64,000 bases of DNA, taken from assembly GCA_030698385.1 (NCBI GenBank), contig JAUYLZ010000008.1:1430-65429 (forward strand), given 5' to 3'. Positions 29,892 through 39,723 of this stretch are shown here, one piece after another (within the stretch, counting starts at the first letter, position 1; each line of letters opens with the position of its first letter). Made by a program: the position numbers and the translations under genes. The notes beneath the pieces are model-generated. The model was not told the origin of the DNA. It was given only the letters and a program-made list of their open reading frames with translations, and ran no database searches. Source of the DNA: a bacterium (GTDB lineage Bacteria > Patescibacteriota > Patescibacteriia > Patescibacteriales > XYC2-FULL-47-12).

Positions 29892-30305
29892 CTATTTAAC
29901 CTCTTTTAGCAAATCAGCCAAAGTCTTTTTTCTCAAAACTTTTTTTACATCTTCAATAATGTATGGCCAAACTTTTTTTATCTCACAGACCGCTGAACGC
30001 GCGCAGTTATGTTTACCGTGTTTAAGGCATTTAACCATGGTCAAATCGCCGTCGAGTATCTCAAGCACATCCAAGACAGAAATCTTACTCGGCGCTCTGA
30101 GCAACTGGTAGCCGCCGCTGCGGCCTTCTTTGCTTTCAATTAATTTAGCGGCAACTAACGGCTGAATGATTTGCACCAAATAACCGGCTGATAATTTTTT
30201 GTCCTCGGCCACGTCGGTCAGAGAGACAAAACCCTGCTGGTATTTTTTTGACAACTCTAACATCAAAATAAGCCCATAATCAGCTCTGGTTGAAACATTA
30301 AACAT
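29892..30305 (-). CDS. Rrf2-family transcriptional regulator (IscR/SufR-like)
   Basis: Has an N-terminal wHTH (RADYGLILMLELSKK…) and a Cys cluster (CLKHGKHNCARSAVC). It is the first gene of the suf operon. Confidence 0.85.
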   Translation of the reverse strand: MFNVSTRADYGLILMLELSKKYQQGFVSLTDVAEDKKLSAGYLVQIIQPLVAAKLIESKEGRSGGYQLLRAPSKISVLDVLEILDGDLTMVKCLKHGKHNCARSAVCEIKKVWPYIIEDVKKVLRKKTLADLLKEVK

Positions 30306-30335
30306 ATAGGGTATTTAGTAACTATTAGTATTTAC

Positions 30336-30363
30336 ATTATAGTTAAAATTTGAATATTGTCAA
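30336..30363 (-). promoter_or_regulatory. suf operon promoter (TTGACA-16-TATAAT)
   Basis: The reverse complement reads ttgaca atattcaaattttaac tataat. Confidence 0.65.
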
Positions 30364-30364
30364 A

Positions 30365-30394
30365 GAAAAAAGGGCATCTAACATTAATGCCCTT
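30365..30394 (-). terminator. Intrinsic terminator of the upstream PRT-like gene
   Basis: Stem aagggcat/atgccctt, with a T-run on the minus strand. Confidence 0.65.
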
Positions 30395-30413
30395 ATATTT
30401 AACTCACAAAAAA

Positions 30414-31151
30414 CTATACTTTGTGCATGACTCGCATTAACTGCTGCCACGACTCTTTGTCTTTTGGCTTCCAGACAACCCGGCCGGAATCAATAAACGG
30501 CCGAACTGTCGGATCATCCTGCCGAAACTCAAACATCGACTGCCGAATTAAACTAAACACGGGAACGACTGCCCCTGGCAGTACCAGAGATTCGCGGAAA
30601 GACCATTCTGGGGAGCGGTTGAGTAAACAAATAAGAGCGACTACTTGCGCGCCAACAGCGTAAATAAGCTCGGCCATTTTGTTAGCGGTGCTAAAATTAT
30701 TGACCACGTCCTCAACAATTACAACTCGCTCTCCATATTCAATTTTATGCCTGTTCATAACAAGCGTGGACTGCTCTTGTGATTCCGTAGTTTTCAGCTT
30801 AGTTATTTTCTTTTCAAAGTAACTAAAATTCTTCTGATACACAGAGGCGAGCGTAAAAGCAAATGTTATGCCGCCCATCGGCGCTCCGCAAAAAGTATCA
30901 ATACCGCTCAACAGTTCGCGAATTTTTTGCTCCAGGCTGATTGCGTAATGAGTCATGATATATGGGTAACGTTCTGCTTTGGCGAAATTGGCGTACATAA
31001 AACCAACCCATTGTTTTTCCGGCTCATATTCTCCGGCGTAGCCAACCAGCATGCCTTTACTAATGTCATCTTCTGACGGACTCTTGTACCAGCCGCCGCA
31101 TGCTTTGAGAATGTCTAACGGATTCTTTCCACTGGTTTCTATTCTACTCAT
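30414..31151 (-). CDS. Phosphoribosyltransferase-like protein
   Basis: Has a PRT-type PRPP loop (RVVIVEDVVNNFSTA). Confidence 0.5.
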   Translation of the reverse strand: MSRIETSGKNPLDILKACGGWYKSPSEDDISKGMLVGYAGEYEPEKQWVGFMYANFAKAERYPYIMTHYAISLEQKIRELLSGIDTFCGAPMGGITFAFTLASVYQKNFSYFEKKITKLKTTESQEQSTLVMNRHKIEYGERVVIVEDVVNNFSTANKMAELIYAVGAQVVALICLLNRSPEWSFRESLVLPGAVVPVFSLIRQSMFEFRQDDPTVRPFIDSGRVVWKPKDKESWQQLMRVMHKV

Positions 31152-31341
31152 TTTATTTCTCCTTTTACATATTTGAATTGTTACAGAACAATAAAGAGCT
31201 ATAATTACTTTTTGTTCATTTGGTTTCTAATGACTAGAGTAAACTAAAATGGTCAAAATAGCAAGCAAGTTTTGCCAAATACAAAAAAAGACGAGCAAAC
31301 GTTTGCTCGCCTCCTAGCGCTCTTTATTATTTGTGTCTTTA

Positions 31342-32715
31342 CTATCCAAACAACAACCACTCGCGCTTGAATAACAGGATCAGGCCGAGGATAACCATCA
31401 AAATGCCGCCAATCAGGTTTGACCAATGGGCATACTTAGTCGTCAGGCCGATACGCTTAAAGCTATAAAGCGCGATGCCAAAGACGATAAAGTCATCAAC
31501 CATATAAAACAAAATGTAAAGCGCCATCATGGCTTGAGTTGAGAACCAGGACAAATTGTTGATCTCAATAATTTTGGTAAAGGCCTGCGGCACGCCAATG
31601 GAGCAGGCGAACTCAATGATATTGACTGACAGCGCCACGCCGATAATGCCGGCGGCGGTAATTAATGTCAGCGGCTGGGCGGCTAAATGTTTGATGCGAT
31701 CAGAAATTTTCTTTTTTTGCTCAAAGCTCGTTATCTCACAGGTGCCGTCAGACGTATACCACTCATAGAGAAAATAGATGCCGCTGCCGATGGCCAAAAG
31801 CCCGATCAAGGGCGTCACGATTCTGTCTAAACCGACAAAGTCCCAGGCGGTAAACCAGACGTTTAAAATTAAATAATACATTACCGCTTCGGCAATGATA
31901 AAAAGTCCGACAAAACGCCACATCTTGCGCCGATCGCCGAGCTGCATAAGAATCAAAATAAAAGTTACCAAAACCCACATCGCGCAGGGATTAAAGCCAT
32001 CAATAAAACCAAGCACTATTGAAAGAACCGGCAAGGAAAAACTGCCGACATTAATTGGCGTACCGATAATTGGCAGGTTAAAGATATACTCGCTGCCGGG
32101 CGCGACACAGCCGGTCAAATCATCACAAACACCGTCCGCCACAGACTCAACATTGCCGCTGCCGCCGGCCATAATTATCTCGCGCGCGCCCATAGTTTCT
32201 TTGCCCTGAGCGGCGGTGATGATTTGCTCAATGCGCTGGCCGGTCGTCTCCGCTGAAGCGTAGCCAACAATTACTTGATTGCCAACCACAGTAATCGGCG
32301 TCACTTTGGAAATCTTTTCAGCCTCGGTCAACTCGCTAAATAACTCAAAGTGCTCAGGATTGATAATATCATAATAGACTATTTCAAAATCTCCTCGCGT
32401 TTTTTTCAGCTCTTCCAAAAACGGCATCAATTCCAAACAGTGGACGCAATCATCGCGTTTAAAAACTTCGACCATAACTTTGGCCGGCGCGTTGTCTTCT
32501 TGAATGTCATCCGCGACTGCTTGCTCTCCCCGGACATCACCTGTTTCATTTACTACTTCAGAATTAATTTCTTCAGCAACCTCGCCTGGCTCCGCCGCTG
32601 CTTTCGCTTCATCATCTATAACGGTCAGACCGGTGTTTACCTGCGCCAATACAAAACCCACACTTCCGAACATAAGTGTGGTAAAAATAATACTTAAATA
32701 TAATAATTTTTTCAT
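31342..32715 (-). CDS. Glutaredoxin/thioredoxin-like domain fused to a DsbD/CcdA-like membrane domain
   Basis: Has a signal/TM segment, a CVHC redox motif, then a polytopic domain with DGFNPCAMWVL and EFACSIGVP. Confidence 0.55.
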   Translation of the reverse strand: MKKLLYLSIIFTTLMFGSVGFVLAQVNTGLTVIDDEAKAAAEPGEVAEEINSEVVNETGDVRGEQAVADDIQEDNAPAKVMVEVFKRDDCVHCLELMPFLEELKKTRGDFEIVYYDIINPEHFELFSELTEAEKISKVTPITVVGNQVIVGYASAETTGQRIEQIITAAQGKETMGAREIIMAGGSGNVESVADGVCDDLTGCVAPGSEYIFNLPIIGTPINVGSFSLPVLSIVLGFIDGFNPCAMWVLVTFILILMQLGDRRKMWRFVGLFIIAEAVMYYLILNVWFTAWDFVGLDRIVTPLIGLLAIGSGIYFLYEWYTSDGTCEITSFEQKKKISDRIKHLAAQPLTLITAAGIIGVALSVNIIEFACSIGVPQAFTKIIEINNLSWFSTQAMMALYILFYMVDDFIVFGIALYSFKRIGLTTKYAHWSNLIGGILMVILGLILLFKREWLLFG

Positions 32716-32721
32716 AAGCGG

Positions 32722-33429
32722 CTATTTTCTTTCGCTGATTACTAAAGCGGGAAATTTGTCCCGTAAGTTCTTAACTAAACCAGTTACGTTTATTAATTTG
32801 GTTCTATCAATATTTTTATCTAAATTCTTCTTAAATTCTATATTCTGTATATAATACTTTTCGCCTTTTTGCAAGTATCCGGCTATTTTGAAAAAATCTG
32901 CCGGCGTGTGCGCCTCGGGAAAAACCGTGGTGCGGAACTCATGATCAATGCCGGAATTTTGTATTAAAGAAAAGGTTTTTTGGCAATTTTTTATCAAGTT
33001 ATCATTGCTAATTTTTATAACCTCCGCGTAATTCTCCCAGCTGTTTTTCAGATCCATCGCAAAATAATCAACCAGTTTTTCGTCAATCAGTTTTTGAATC
33101 ATCCGCGGATTAACGCCGCTCGTATCAAGTTTTACCAAGAGCCCCAAGTCTTTAATTTTTTTGATAAATTCCGGCAAGTCATGGTGAATGGTCGGTTCGC
33201 CGCCGGTGATGGAAACGCCGTCTAAAAAGTGTTTTTTTTCTTCTAAGTAATTTAATATATCCCCTTCAAGCAGACACGCTTGGCCAACCGCGCCTTCCGG
33301 CGCAACCGGAATCAGCTCCGGGTTATGACAGTAAGGACAGCGAAAAAGGCAGCCCTGTGTAAACACAATGGCTGCCACTTTATTCGGATAATCAACCAAA
33401 CTTAATTTTTGTAATCCGCCGATGACCAT
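32722..33429 (-). CDS. nrdG: Anaerobic ribonucleotide reductase activating protein
   Basis: Has the radical-SAM motif CLFRCPYCHN. The likely start is M12; the ORF extends to 33462. Confidence 0.85.
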   Translation of the reverse strand: MVIGGLQKLSLVDYPNKVAAIVFTQGCLFRCPYCHNPELIPVAPEGAVGQACLLEGDILNYLEEKKHFLDGVSITGGEPTIHHDLPEFIKKIKDLGLLVKLDTSGVNPRMIQKLIDEKLVDYFAMDLKNSWENYAEVIKISNDNLIKNCQKTFSLIQNSGIDHEFRTTVFPEAHTPADFFKIAGYLQKGEKYYIQNIEFKKNLDKNIDRTKLINVTGLVKNLRDKFPALVISERK

Positions 33430-33468
33430 AACTAGGCAAGTTTGAAACTTAACTATGCGCAATACTTT

Positions 33469-35625
33469 TTAATTTATGATAATTTGTGTTTCTTCAAAAA
33501 TAACCGGCATTTCGTTAACTCTATCGCTCAGCGCCTGACTTTTTTCAACCACATACTCTTTCCGCTCGCGGTACTCGCTTTGTTTGCCCTTGTTCCATTG
33601 GTCAACCGGCCGGAAGTAGCCCATCACGCGCGACCAAACTTCTGTTTTTGTATCGCAGGTCGGACAAGCGGCTATCTCGCCGTTTAAGTAGCCGTGGGAC
33701 GGACAGATGCTAAATGTCGGCGTTACCGTAAAATAAGGCAGGTGATAATTCTCGGCAACCTTGCGGACAAAATCACGCGTTGCCTGCCAGCTGTTGATGC
33801 GCTCGCCCAGAAACAAATGCAAAACCGTACCGCCGGTGTATTTTGTCTGCAGTTCATCCTGATGATCCAGCGCCTCCAGCGCGTTGTCGGTATAGCCAAC
33901 CGGAAGATGTGTTGAATTCGTATAATAAGGGTCGCCTGTCTGTCCGGCAGGCAGGCCGCCGTTACCGGCTTGCTTTATACCAGGATAGCGTTTTTTGTCC
34001 TCTTTGGCCAAACGATAGGTCGCACCCTCCGCCGGCGTCGCTTCCATATTGTAGAAGTTGCCGGTTTCTTCCTGAAAATCCGCGAGTTTACGGCGCATAA
34101 AATCCAGTACTTCCAAGGCGAATTTTTTGCCTTCTGGCGTGGCAATACTGGTGTTCAAAAAATTCTCCATTGACTCGTTCATGCCGCTCAAACCAATGGT
34201 TGAAAAATGATTATGCAAAGATGGCAAATACCGCTTGGTAAAAGGCAGCAGGCCATCTTCAATATTTTTACTCACTACTTTGCGCTTAATCTCCAAAGAT
34301 TCTTTGGCCAACTCCATCAAACGCTCCAAACGCCTAAAATAATCTTCTTTGGTTTTTGATAAGTAGCCAACTCGCGCCATATTTAGAGTTACCACGCCGA
34401 TTGAACCGGTCATCTCGGCCGAGCCGAACAAACCGCCGCCGCGGGCGCGCAATTCGCGCAAATCAAGCTGCAGACGGCAGCACATACTGCGCACGTCTCC
34501 CGGTTTTAGCTTGGAATTTATAAAATTCTGGAAATAAGGCGTGCCATACTTAGCGGTCATCTCAAAAAGTATCTGAGCATTCTCGTTGCTCCAGTTAAAA
34601 TCACGGGTAATATTATAAGTCGGGATCGGAAAAGTAAAGACGCGCCCGTTAGCATCGCCTTCGGTCATAACTTCAATAAAAATCTTGTTTATCGTATCCA
34701 TTTCCGCTTGACAACTGCCATAGGTAAATTCCTGCTCAACGCCGCCAATGATCGGTTTTTTATCACGCAAGTCTTCCGGGCACACCCAATCCAAAGTAAT
34801 GTTGGTAAATGGTGTCTGCGTGCCCCAGCGCGATGGAACATTTAGATTAAAAACAAATTGCTGGATAGACTGCTTCACCTGCTTGTAGCTCAAATTATCT
34901 TTTTTCACATAAGGCGCCAAATAAGTGTCAAAAGATGAGAACGCCTGCGCCCCGGCCCACTCATTTTGCAATGTGCCCAAAAAATTAACCATTTGCGCGA
35001 CGGCCGTTTCCAAGTGTTTGGGCGGCAAAGATTCTACTTTTCCCGGTACGCCATTAAAGCCTTCTTCCAAAAGCGCGCGCAGACTCCAGCCGGCGCAATA
35101 ACCCGAAAACATATCCAGGTCATGAATATAAAAATCCCCCTCTAGATGCGCCTGCCTAATATCCATGGAATAGACATGATGCAGCCAATAATTAGCAATC
35201 AGCTTGCCAGAGGCATTTAGAATCATTCCTCCCAGCGAGTAGCCTTGGTTAGCGTTGGCGTTGACGCGCCAGTCAGACTGCTGTAAATACTCATTAATTG
35301 TTTTTTCCACCTCAACTGCCACGCTGCCGGCGGCCCGCACGCGCATGCGCTGTTCGCGATAGACGATGTAGGCCTTGGCGGTTTTGTAATATCCCTCGCG
35401 CATCAACTCACGCTCAACTTCGTCCTGAATAATTTCAATGGTTATAATTGTCCCGGTACTGTGCGCTTGGCTTAATTTATCTACTACTCTATTAGTAATA
35501 ACCCGCGCGATATTTTCATCAAATTCCAATGTTGATTCAGAAGCTTTTCTAATCGCTTTAAAAATTCTGTCTTGATTAAACTCTTGAGTGGCGCCGTTGC
35601 GCTTTATGATGTGTATGGGGATCAT
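33469..35625 (-). CDS. nrdD: Anaerobic ribonucleoside-triphosphate reductase
   Basis: Has an ATP-cone N-terminus, a C-terminal Zn site (CPSHGY…CPTC) and the glycyl-radical motif SRVMGYFRP. Confidence 0.95.
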   Translation of the reverse strand: MIPIHIIKRNGATQEFNQDRIFKAIRKASESTLEFDENIARVITNRVVDKLSQAHSTGTIITIEIIQDEVERELMREGYYKTAKAYIVYREQRMRVRAAGSVAVEVEKTINEYLQQSDWRVNANANQGYSLGGMILNASGKLIANYWLHHVYSMDIRQAHLEGDFYIHDLDMFSGYCAGWSLRALLEEGFNGVPGKVESLPPKHLETAVAQMVNFLGTLQNEWAGAQAFSSFDTYLAPYVKKDNLSYKQVKQSIQQFVFNLNVPSRWGTQTPFTNITLDWVCPEDLRDKKPIIGGVEQEFTYGSCQAEMDTINKIFIEVMTEGDANGRVFTFPIPTYNITRDFNWSNENAQILFEMTAKYGTPYFQNFINSKLKPGDVRSMCCRLQLDLRELRARGGGLFGSAEMTGSIGVVTLNMARVGYLSKTKEDYFRRLERLMELAKESLEIKRKVVSKNIEDGLLPFTKRYLPSLHNHFSTIGLSGMNESMENFLNTSIATPEGKKFALEVLDFMRRKLADFQEETGNFYNMEATPAEGATYRLAKEDKKRYPGIKQAGNGGLPAGQTGDPYYTNSTHLPVGYTDNALEALDHQDELQTKYTGGTVLHLFLGERINSWQATRDFVRKVAENYHLPYFTVTPTFSICPSHGYLNGEIAACPTCDTKTEVWSRVMGYFRPVDQWNKGKQSEYRERKEYVVEKSQALSDRVNEMPVIFEETQIIIN

Positions 35626-35700
35626 AAAATTTATCTTATTAAATAAAAATGATGAGCCTCAAGAGCTTCTTTGTTTATATTTTTTTTAAAAAAAGAGAAA

Positions 35701-35880
35701 CTACACTCGGTTCGGACAATTGATTTTTTTACAGATTAATTTATCGCCGCTTACACCCTTGATTTTTCTGATCTCGCGACAGCCTTTGCATTTTATCTCT
35801 ATTTCAGAATCTATCAAAAGACCCTTAAAGAGCAGTTTTCCGCAAAGACAGCGATATTCTTGATTTAGAAAATTTTCCAT
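35701..35880 (-). CDS. Com-like zinc-ribbon protein (59 aa, below the ORF-track cutoff)
   Basis: My translation is MENFLNQEYRCLCGKLLFKGLLIDSEIEIKCKGCREIRKIKGVSGDKLICKKINCPNRV. The pattern RC.C.KLLFK…IEIKC..C matches phage Mu Com. Confidence 0.55.
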   Translation of the reverse strand: MENFLNQEYRCLCGKLLFKGLLIDSEIEIKCKGCREIRKIKGVSGDKLICKKINCPNRV

Positions 35881-36060
35881 ATGTAGTGGTACAATACCAT
35901 ATTAGGGTACAATATAATGTAGCATAAAAAATTATTATCTTCAAACCTTAAGCTTGTTGAAAACTGATTTTTGACGCTAAAACTCGCTTAGTAAAAATTT
36001 TTATTTTGGATATATAAAACAGCTGTAGTATAATATATAAGTAATCTAACTGTCAAAAAT

Positions 36061-36426
36061 ATGCCAAAAATTCTGCTATTAATTTTCATATCACTAGTTT
36101 TGTCCGGCTGTTTAAAAGGTATTGAAAACACCGCCGGCGCCCTAACCGGCATTAACGCGGTTGAACAAAAGCTTCAAGCTGACGCCGATATCGCCCTCAT
36201 TCAGGCGCGGCAAGTATACCGCCAGGCGGTGCTTGACGGCGTTGATCTCTCCAGTGGTCCTTGCCTGTCAAACAATCTCATTCCCGGCTGGGTGCTAGAT
36301 ATCGCTCACAATCCCAGACAAGCTATAGATAATAACCCCGCCAATCAATGTCCCGCCTACCGTGATGGCGCCGCTAATCACTTTATAGAAATGGACGTCT
36401 ATGGTACAGTTATAAAAAGCAAATAA
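36061..36426 (+). CDS. Lipoprotein, function unknown
   Basis: Has the lipobox LVLSGC. Confidence 0.5.
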   Translation: MPKILLLIFISLVLSGCLKGIENTAGALTGINAVEQKLQADADIALIQARQVYRQAVLDGVDLSSGPCLSNNLIPGWVLDIAHNPRQAIDNNPANQCPAYRDGAANHFIEMDVYGTVIKSK

Positions 36427-36432
36427 ATAAAA

Positions 36433-36460
36433 CCGCCCCGCAGACTGCGGGGCGGTTTTT
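36433..36460. terminator. Bidirectional terminator with ccgcagactgcgg core
   Basis: ccgccccgcagactgcggggcgg followed by a T-run, with an A-run upstream. Confidence 0.7.
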
Positions 36461-36476
36461 CTTTTTTATAAAAAAT

Positions 36477-37943
36477 TTAATACTTTACTCTGAAATACGC
36501 CTCGACATAATCAGCAATCTTCGGCGGCTCCCCGCCAAAATTAACAAACCGCTGCTCCGGCAATGTCAGCGCGCGAAAACGCGACAGTGCTTGTGATGCT
36601 TTGACCAGCGGCAAACGCTTAACCTGCGACTTGTGCTTGGCAATTGATTTGTTCTTTATGCCAAGCAACTTATTGTCAAAACCAAAAACGATGTTAATGC
36701 TATTGAGCAAGTGCTGCGACCAAAGGCCTTCGTAGTGCCAGAGCTCTGTGTTTTTAATTTTTTTGCGATCCAAGTAATCAAGCACCAGTTCGGTACTCAA
36801 AAAATGCGTTGGATGCTCGTCGTGAGGATGGGGAAGAAAAACAATTTCCGGCTTGATGCGCTGCCAAATTGAATGAAATTTCTCCAAGTCCTGCGACCAG
36901 TATTTTTTGTTGGCATCATAAAATTTAAAATTGCCAAATCTGGCTAAATGCCCCAAGACCTTGCTCTCCGCGACAGTTTCTTTCTCGCGGCATTTGATCT
37001 TTTGTTGGCGGGTCAGCTTACTTATGGCCGCGTGATGTCCGGCGGTCATTACCAGAACATTCACGATATTATCTTCGCTCAGAGCGCTAATGGTCGCGCC
37101 GCAGCTAACGGCCGAGTCGTCATGATGCGGGCTAATTACCAGAATTTTTTTATGGCGCGGATAAATATTTTTGTTGTAGATAAAAATATCGCTCCAGCCA
37201 TTTTCAGAGCTGTAATTTTTGTGAAGCAAACTAGCCGCCTCTTTATCGATAATAATCGTCACATCCGGATGATTTTGCAGAAACGAAGCCGGCGTACGGC
37301 TGGTAATCGGCCCCTCCACCAGAGCGCGAATCGCGTGCGCCTTGCTTTTGCCGCTGGCTATAAGCAGAATTTTTTTTGCCCTCATGATTGTCGCAATACC
37401 CATAGTAATTGCCTGGCGCGGAACTTCTTTTTTGTTTTTAAAAAAACGCGCGTTATCTGAAATGGTTTTTGCCGACAGATCAACCAAGCGCGTTGCTGAA
37501 TTCGCCTGGCTGCCCGGTTCGTTAAAACCAATATGACCGTTCGCACCGATACCGAGGAGCTGAATATCAATCGGATTATTCGCGATTAATTTTTCATAAT
37601 ATTTACAATATGAACTGATGTCTTGCGCTTCACCGTCAGGAATATTAATATTTTTTTCCTTAATATTAAGCTGGCTGAATAAATTTTTTTTCATAAAAGT
37701 CGCGTAGCTTTGCGCGTGATTTTTTTTCAAACCGTAGTATTCATCCAGATTAAAAGTCAGAGCTTGTGAAAAATCATAGCCATATTCACGATACTGCTTG
37801 ATGATTTCTAAATACATTCCAATCGGCGTCGAACCGGTCGCAAACCCGAAGACACTATCAGGCTTAAGCGCCAGCTGATTTAAAAAAATGACTGCCGCCT
37901 TTTTGGAAATTTCTTCATAATTATTTGTGGCCACAATATGCAT
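36477..37943 (-). CDS. Fusion protein: glucosamine-6-phosphate deaminase (NagB) + PIG-L/LmbE-type deacetylase
   Basis: The N-terminal half has NagB blocks (FGFATGSTP, LLGIGANGHIGFNEPG). The C-terminal half has VISPHHDDSAVSCG and HPHDEHPTH (PIG-L). Confidence 0.8.
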   Translation of the reverse strand: MHIVATNNYEEISKKAAVIFLNQLALKPDSVFGFATGSTPIGMYLEIIKQYREYGYDFSQALTFNLDEYYGLKKNHAQSYATFMKKNLFSQLNIKEKNINIPDGEAQDISSYCKYYEKLIANNPIDIQLLGIGANGHIGFNEPGSQANSATRLVDLSAKTISDNARFFKNKKEVPRQAITMGIATIMRAKKILLIASGKSKAHAIRALVEGPITSRTPASFLQNHPDVTIIIDKEAASLLHKNYSSENGWSDIFIYNKNIYPRHKKILVISPHHDDSAVSCGATISALSEDNIVNVLVMTAGHHAAISKLTRQQKIKCREKETVAESKVLGHLARFGNFKFYDANKKYWSQDLEKFHSIWQRIKPEIVFLPHPHDEHPTHFLSTELVLDYLDRKKIKNTELWHYEGLWSQHLLNSINIVFGFDNKLLGIKNKSIAKHKSQVKRLPLVKASQALSRFRALTLPEQRFVNFGGEPPKIADYVEAYFRVKY

Positions 37944-38091
37944 AAATTTTTTTTATAAAATTAAAAGCGAGGAAGACCCTCCTCGCAGTCCTTATCTACA
38001 TTTTAGATTAAAAAAATTGTTTTTACAATAATTGCCGACTAAAAAAAATATAAGGCTATTAACCTTATATGATAATAAAACTTTTTTAAGC

Positions 38092-39543
38092 TTATAGCTT
38101 GCCCAAGTCCAAGTAATCATTGATTTTGATTTCTCGCGCAAATTCAGGCATATGACTGATTAAAATAATCGCTCCGGCGTACTCATTAAGCGCTTTGATA
38201 ATAACCGGTATGTGACGAAAGTTTATATGATTAGTCGGTTCATCAAGCACTAATAATCCGGGCCGCATCAAAACCAATCTGGCGAATGACAACAGGCCCT
38301 TTTGCCCCTCGGAAAGATATGACACTTTATGTCCTAGTATATCTCCGGTAAGCAAAAATCCGGCAGCGACCGCGCGCATTTCTTGAACATCAATGCCGCT
38401 GGCCAAAACGCTCTGGAGCGAATCAAAAACGGTTTGTTCATAATCAAGGGTGGCAAAATCTTGGCTGTAATAACCAACCACAACGCCGTCCATTATTTTC
38501 GCGCCGGCTGAGGCGCCGCTTACTAGCGTACGCAACAAGGTGCTCTTGCCAACTCCATTTTGCCCCGAGATCAACAAACGAGATCTTTTGGTTAAAACCT
38601 TATCAATGGTCTTCATAACTGGCTTGTGATTCTCAATGACTTTCACCTCGCTAAGCGTGACAATATCGCCAGATATATCCTGAGCGGGAATGGTAAAACC
38701 TCGAATTGTCTTATCCTCACGCCTAACCTCAACTTTGTTTTCCTCAAGCTCAGAAGTTTGTTCTTTCATTTTTTTAGCGAGCTTTCTCATTTTACCGCCT
38801 TTGTGAGCAAAAAAATTAACTTTTTCTTTGCGATCTTTAATTAATTTTTCCAATTGCGCGTTTTTCTTACGCTCTCTTTCAATTCTATTTTCTATTTCTT
38901 CAACTACCGAATAATAATCTCCCACGTAAGACTCAATTTTTCTGGTAAACACATCCAGATACAAAACACCCTCGGTAAAACAATTTAAAAAATCAGCGTC
39001 ATGAGAAATAACAATTACCGTTTTTTCATACATGACTAAAAACTCTATTAAATGATTAATGCCTGCTTCATCTAAATTATTCGTAGGTTCATCAAGCAGT
39101 AAAATATCAGGTTTTTGAATCAAGGCTTGCGCCAAAAGCAAACGCGCTTGTTGGCCGCCGGAAAGTTCTCCCACAATTCTTTCGGTTGGCACTGTTAAAT
39201 TTACAACTCCCATTGCCTTGGCTATTTCACCTTTCAAATTTGACGGCTCTACCTCAAAGGACGAGGCAAAGTACTCCTCAACCGTTTTGGACAAATCAGA
39301 CCGGTCAACCACTTGTTGCGCGGTGGCAATGCTTGCCCCGTTAGTGATAGACACTCTGCCTGATTTAACTTTTTTTTCACCTTTAATCAATTCAAATAAA
39401 GTACTCTTGCCCGCTCCGTTTTGTCCCATTAATGTTAATTTTGCTCCGGTACGCACGCTAAAACTGACCTCATCCAAAAGAGGCTTTCGGTCCAAATACT
39501 CAAAAACCACATCTTCAAATCTAAGGATTACTTCATTGGCCAT
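38092..39543 (-). CDS. ABC-F family ATPase (two ABC domains, no TM domain)
   Basis: Has two Walker A motifs (GQNGAGKST, GQNGVGKST), two LSGGQ/LSEGQ signatures and a charged linker. The likely start is MANEVIL. Confidence 0.85.
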   Translation of the reverse strand: MANEVILRFEDVVFEYLDRKPLLDEVSFSVRTGAKLTLMGQNGAGKSTLFELIKGEKKVKSGRVSITNGASIATAQQVVDRSDLSKTVEEYFASSFEVEPSNLKGEIAKAMGVVNLTVPTERIVGELSGGQQARLLLAQALIQKPDILLLDEPTNNLDEAGINHLIEFLVMYEKTVIVISHDADFLNCFTEGVLYLDVFTRKIESYVGDYYSVVEEIENRIERERKKNAQLEKLIKDRKEKVNFFAHKGGKMRKLAKKMKEQTSELEENKVEVRREDKTIRGFTIPAQDISGDIVTLSEVKVIENHKPVMKTIDKVLTKRSRLLISGQNGVGKSTLLRTLVSGASAGAKIMDGVVVGYYSQDFATLDYEQTVFDSLQSVLASGIDVQEMRAVAAGFLLTGDILGHKVSYLSEGQKGLLSFARLVLMRPGLLVLDEPTNHINFRHIPVIIKALNEYAGAIILISHMPEFAREIKINDYLDLGKL

Positions 39544-39723
39544 GGTGATAAAAAACAACTCAAGCTAAGTGAGTTGTAAATAATTAATTTATTACTAAAT
39601 AATAATACACTTAATACGCGTAAATGTCAAAAGTTGTTTATAATGATTGACTAAAAAATTGCTTTGAATTAAAATAATTAATAAGACATTCGCACCTTAA
39701 ATAAAAGCAGAAAGGACAAAAAA

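Noticed and set aside
30306-30335. tactaa direct repeats between the suf promoter and rrf2 as an IscR/Rrf2 operator
   Set aside because: There is no convincing dyad symmetry and no match to the IscR site consensus that I can verify by eye. I left it unannotated.
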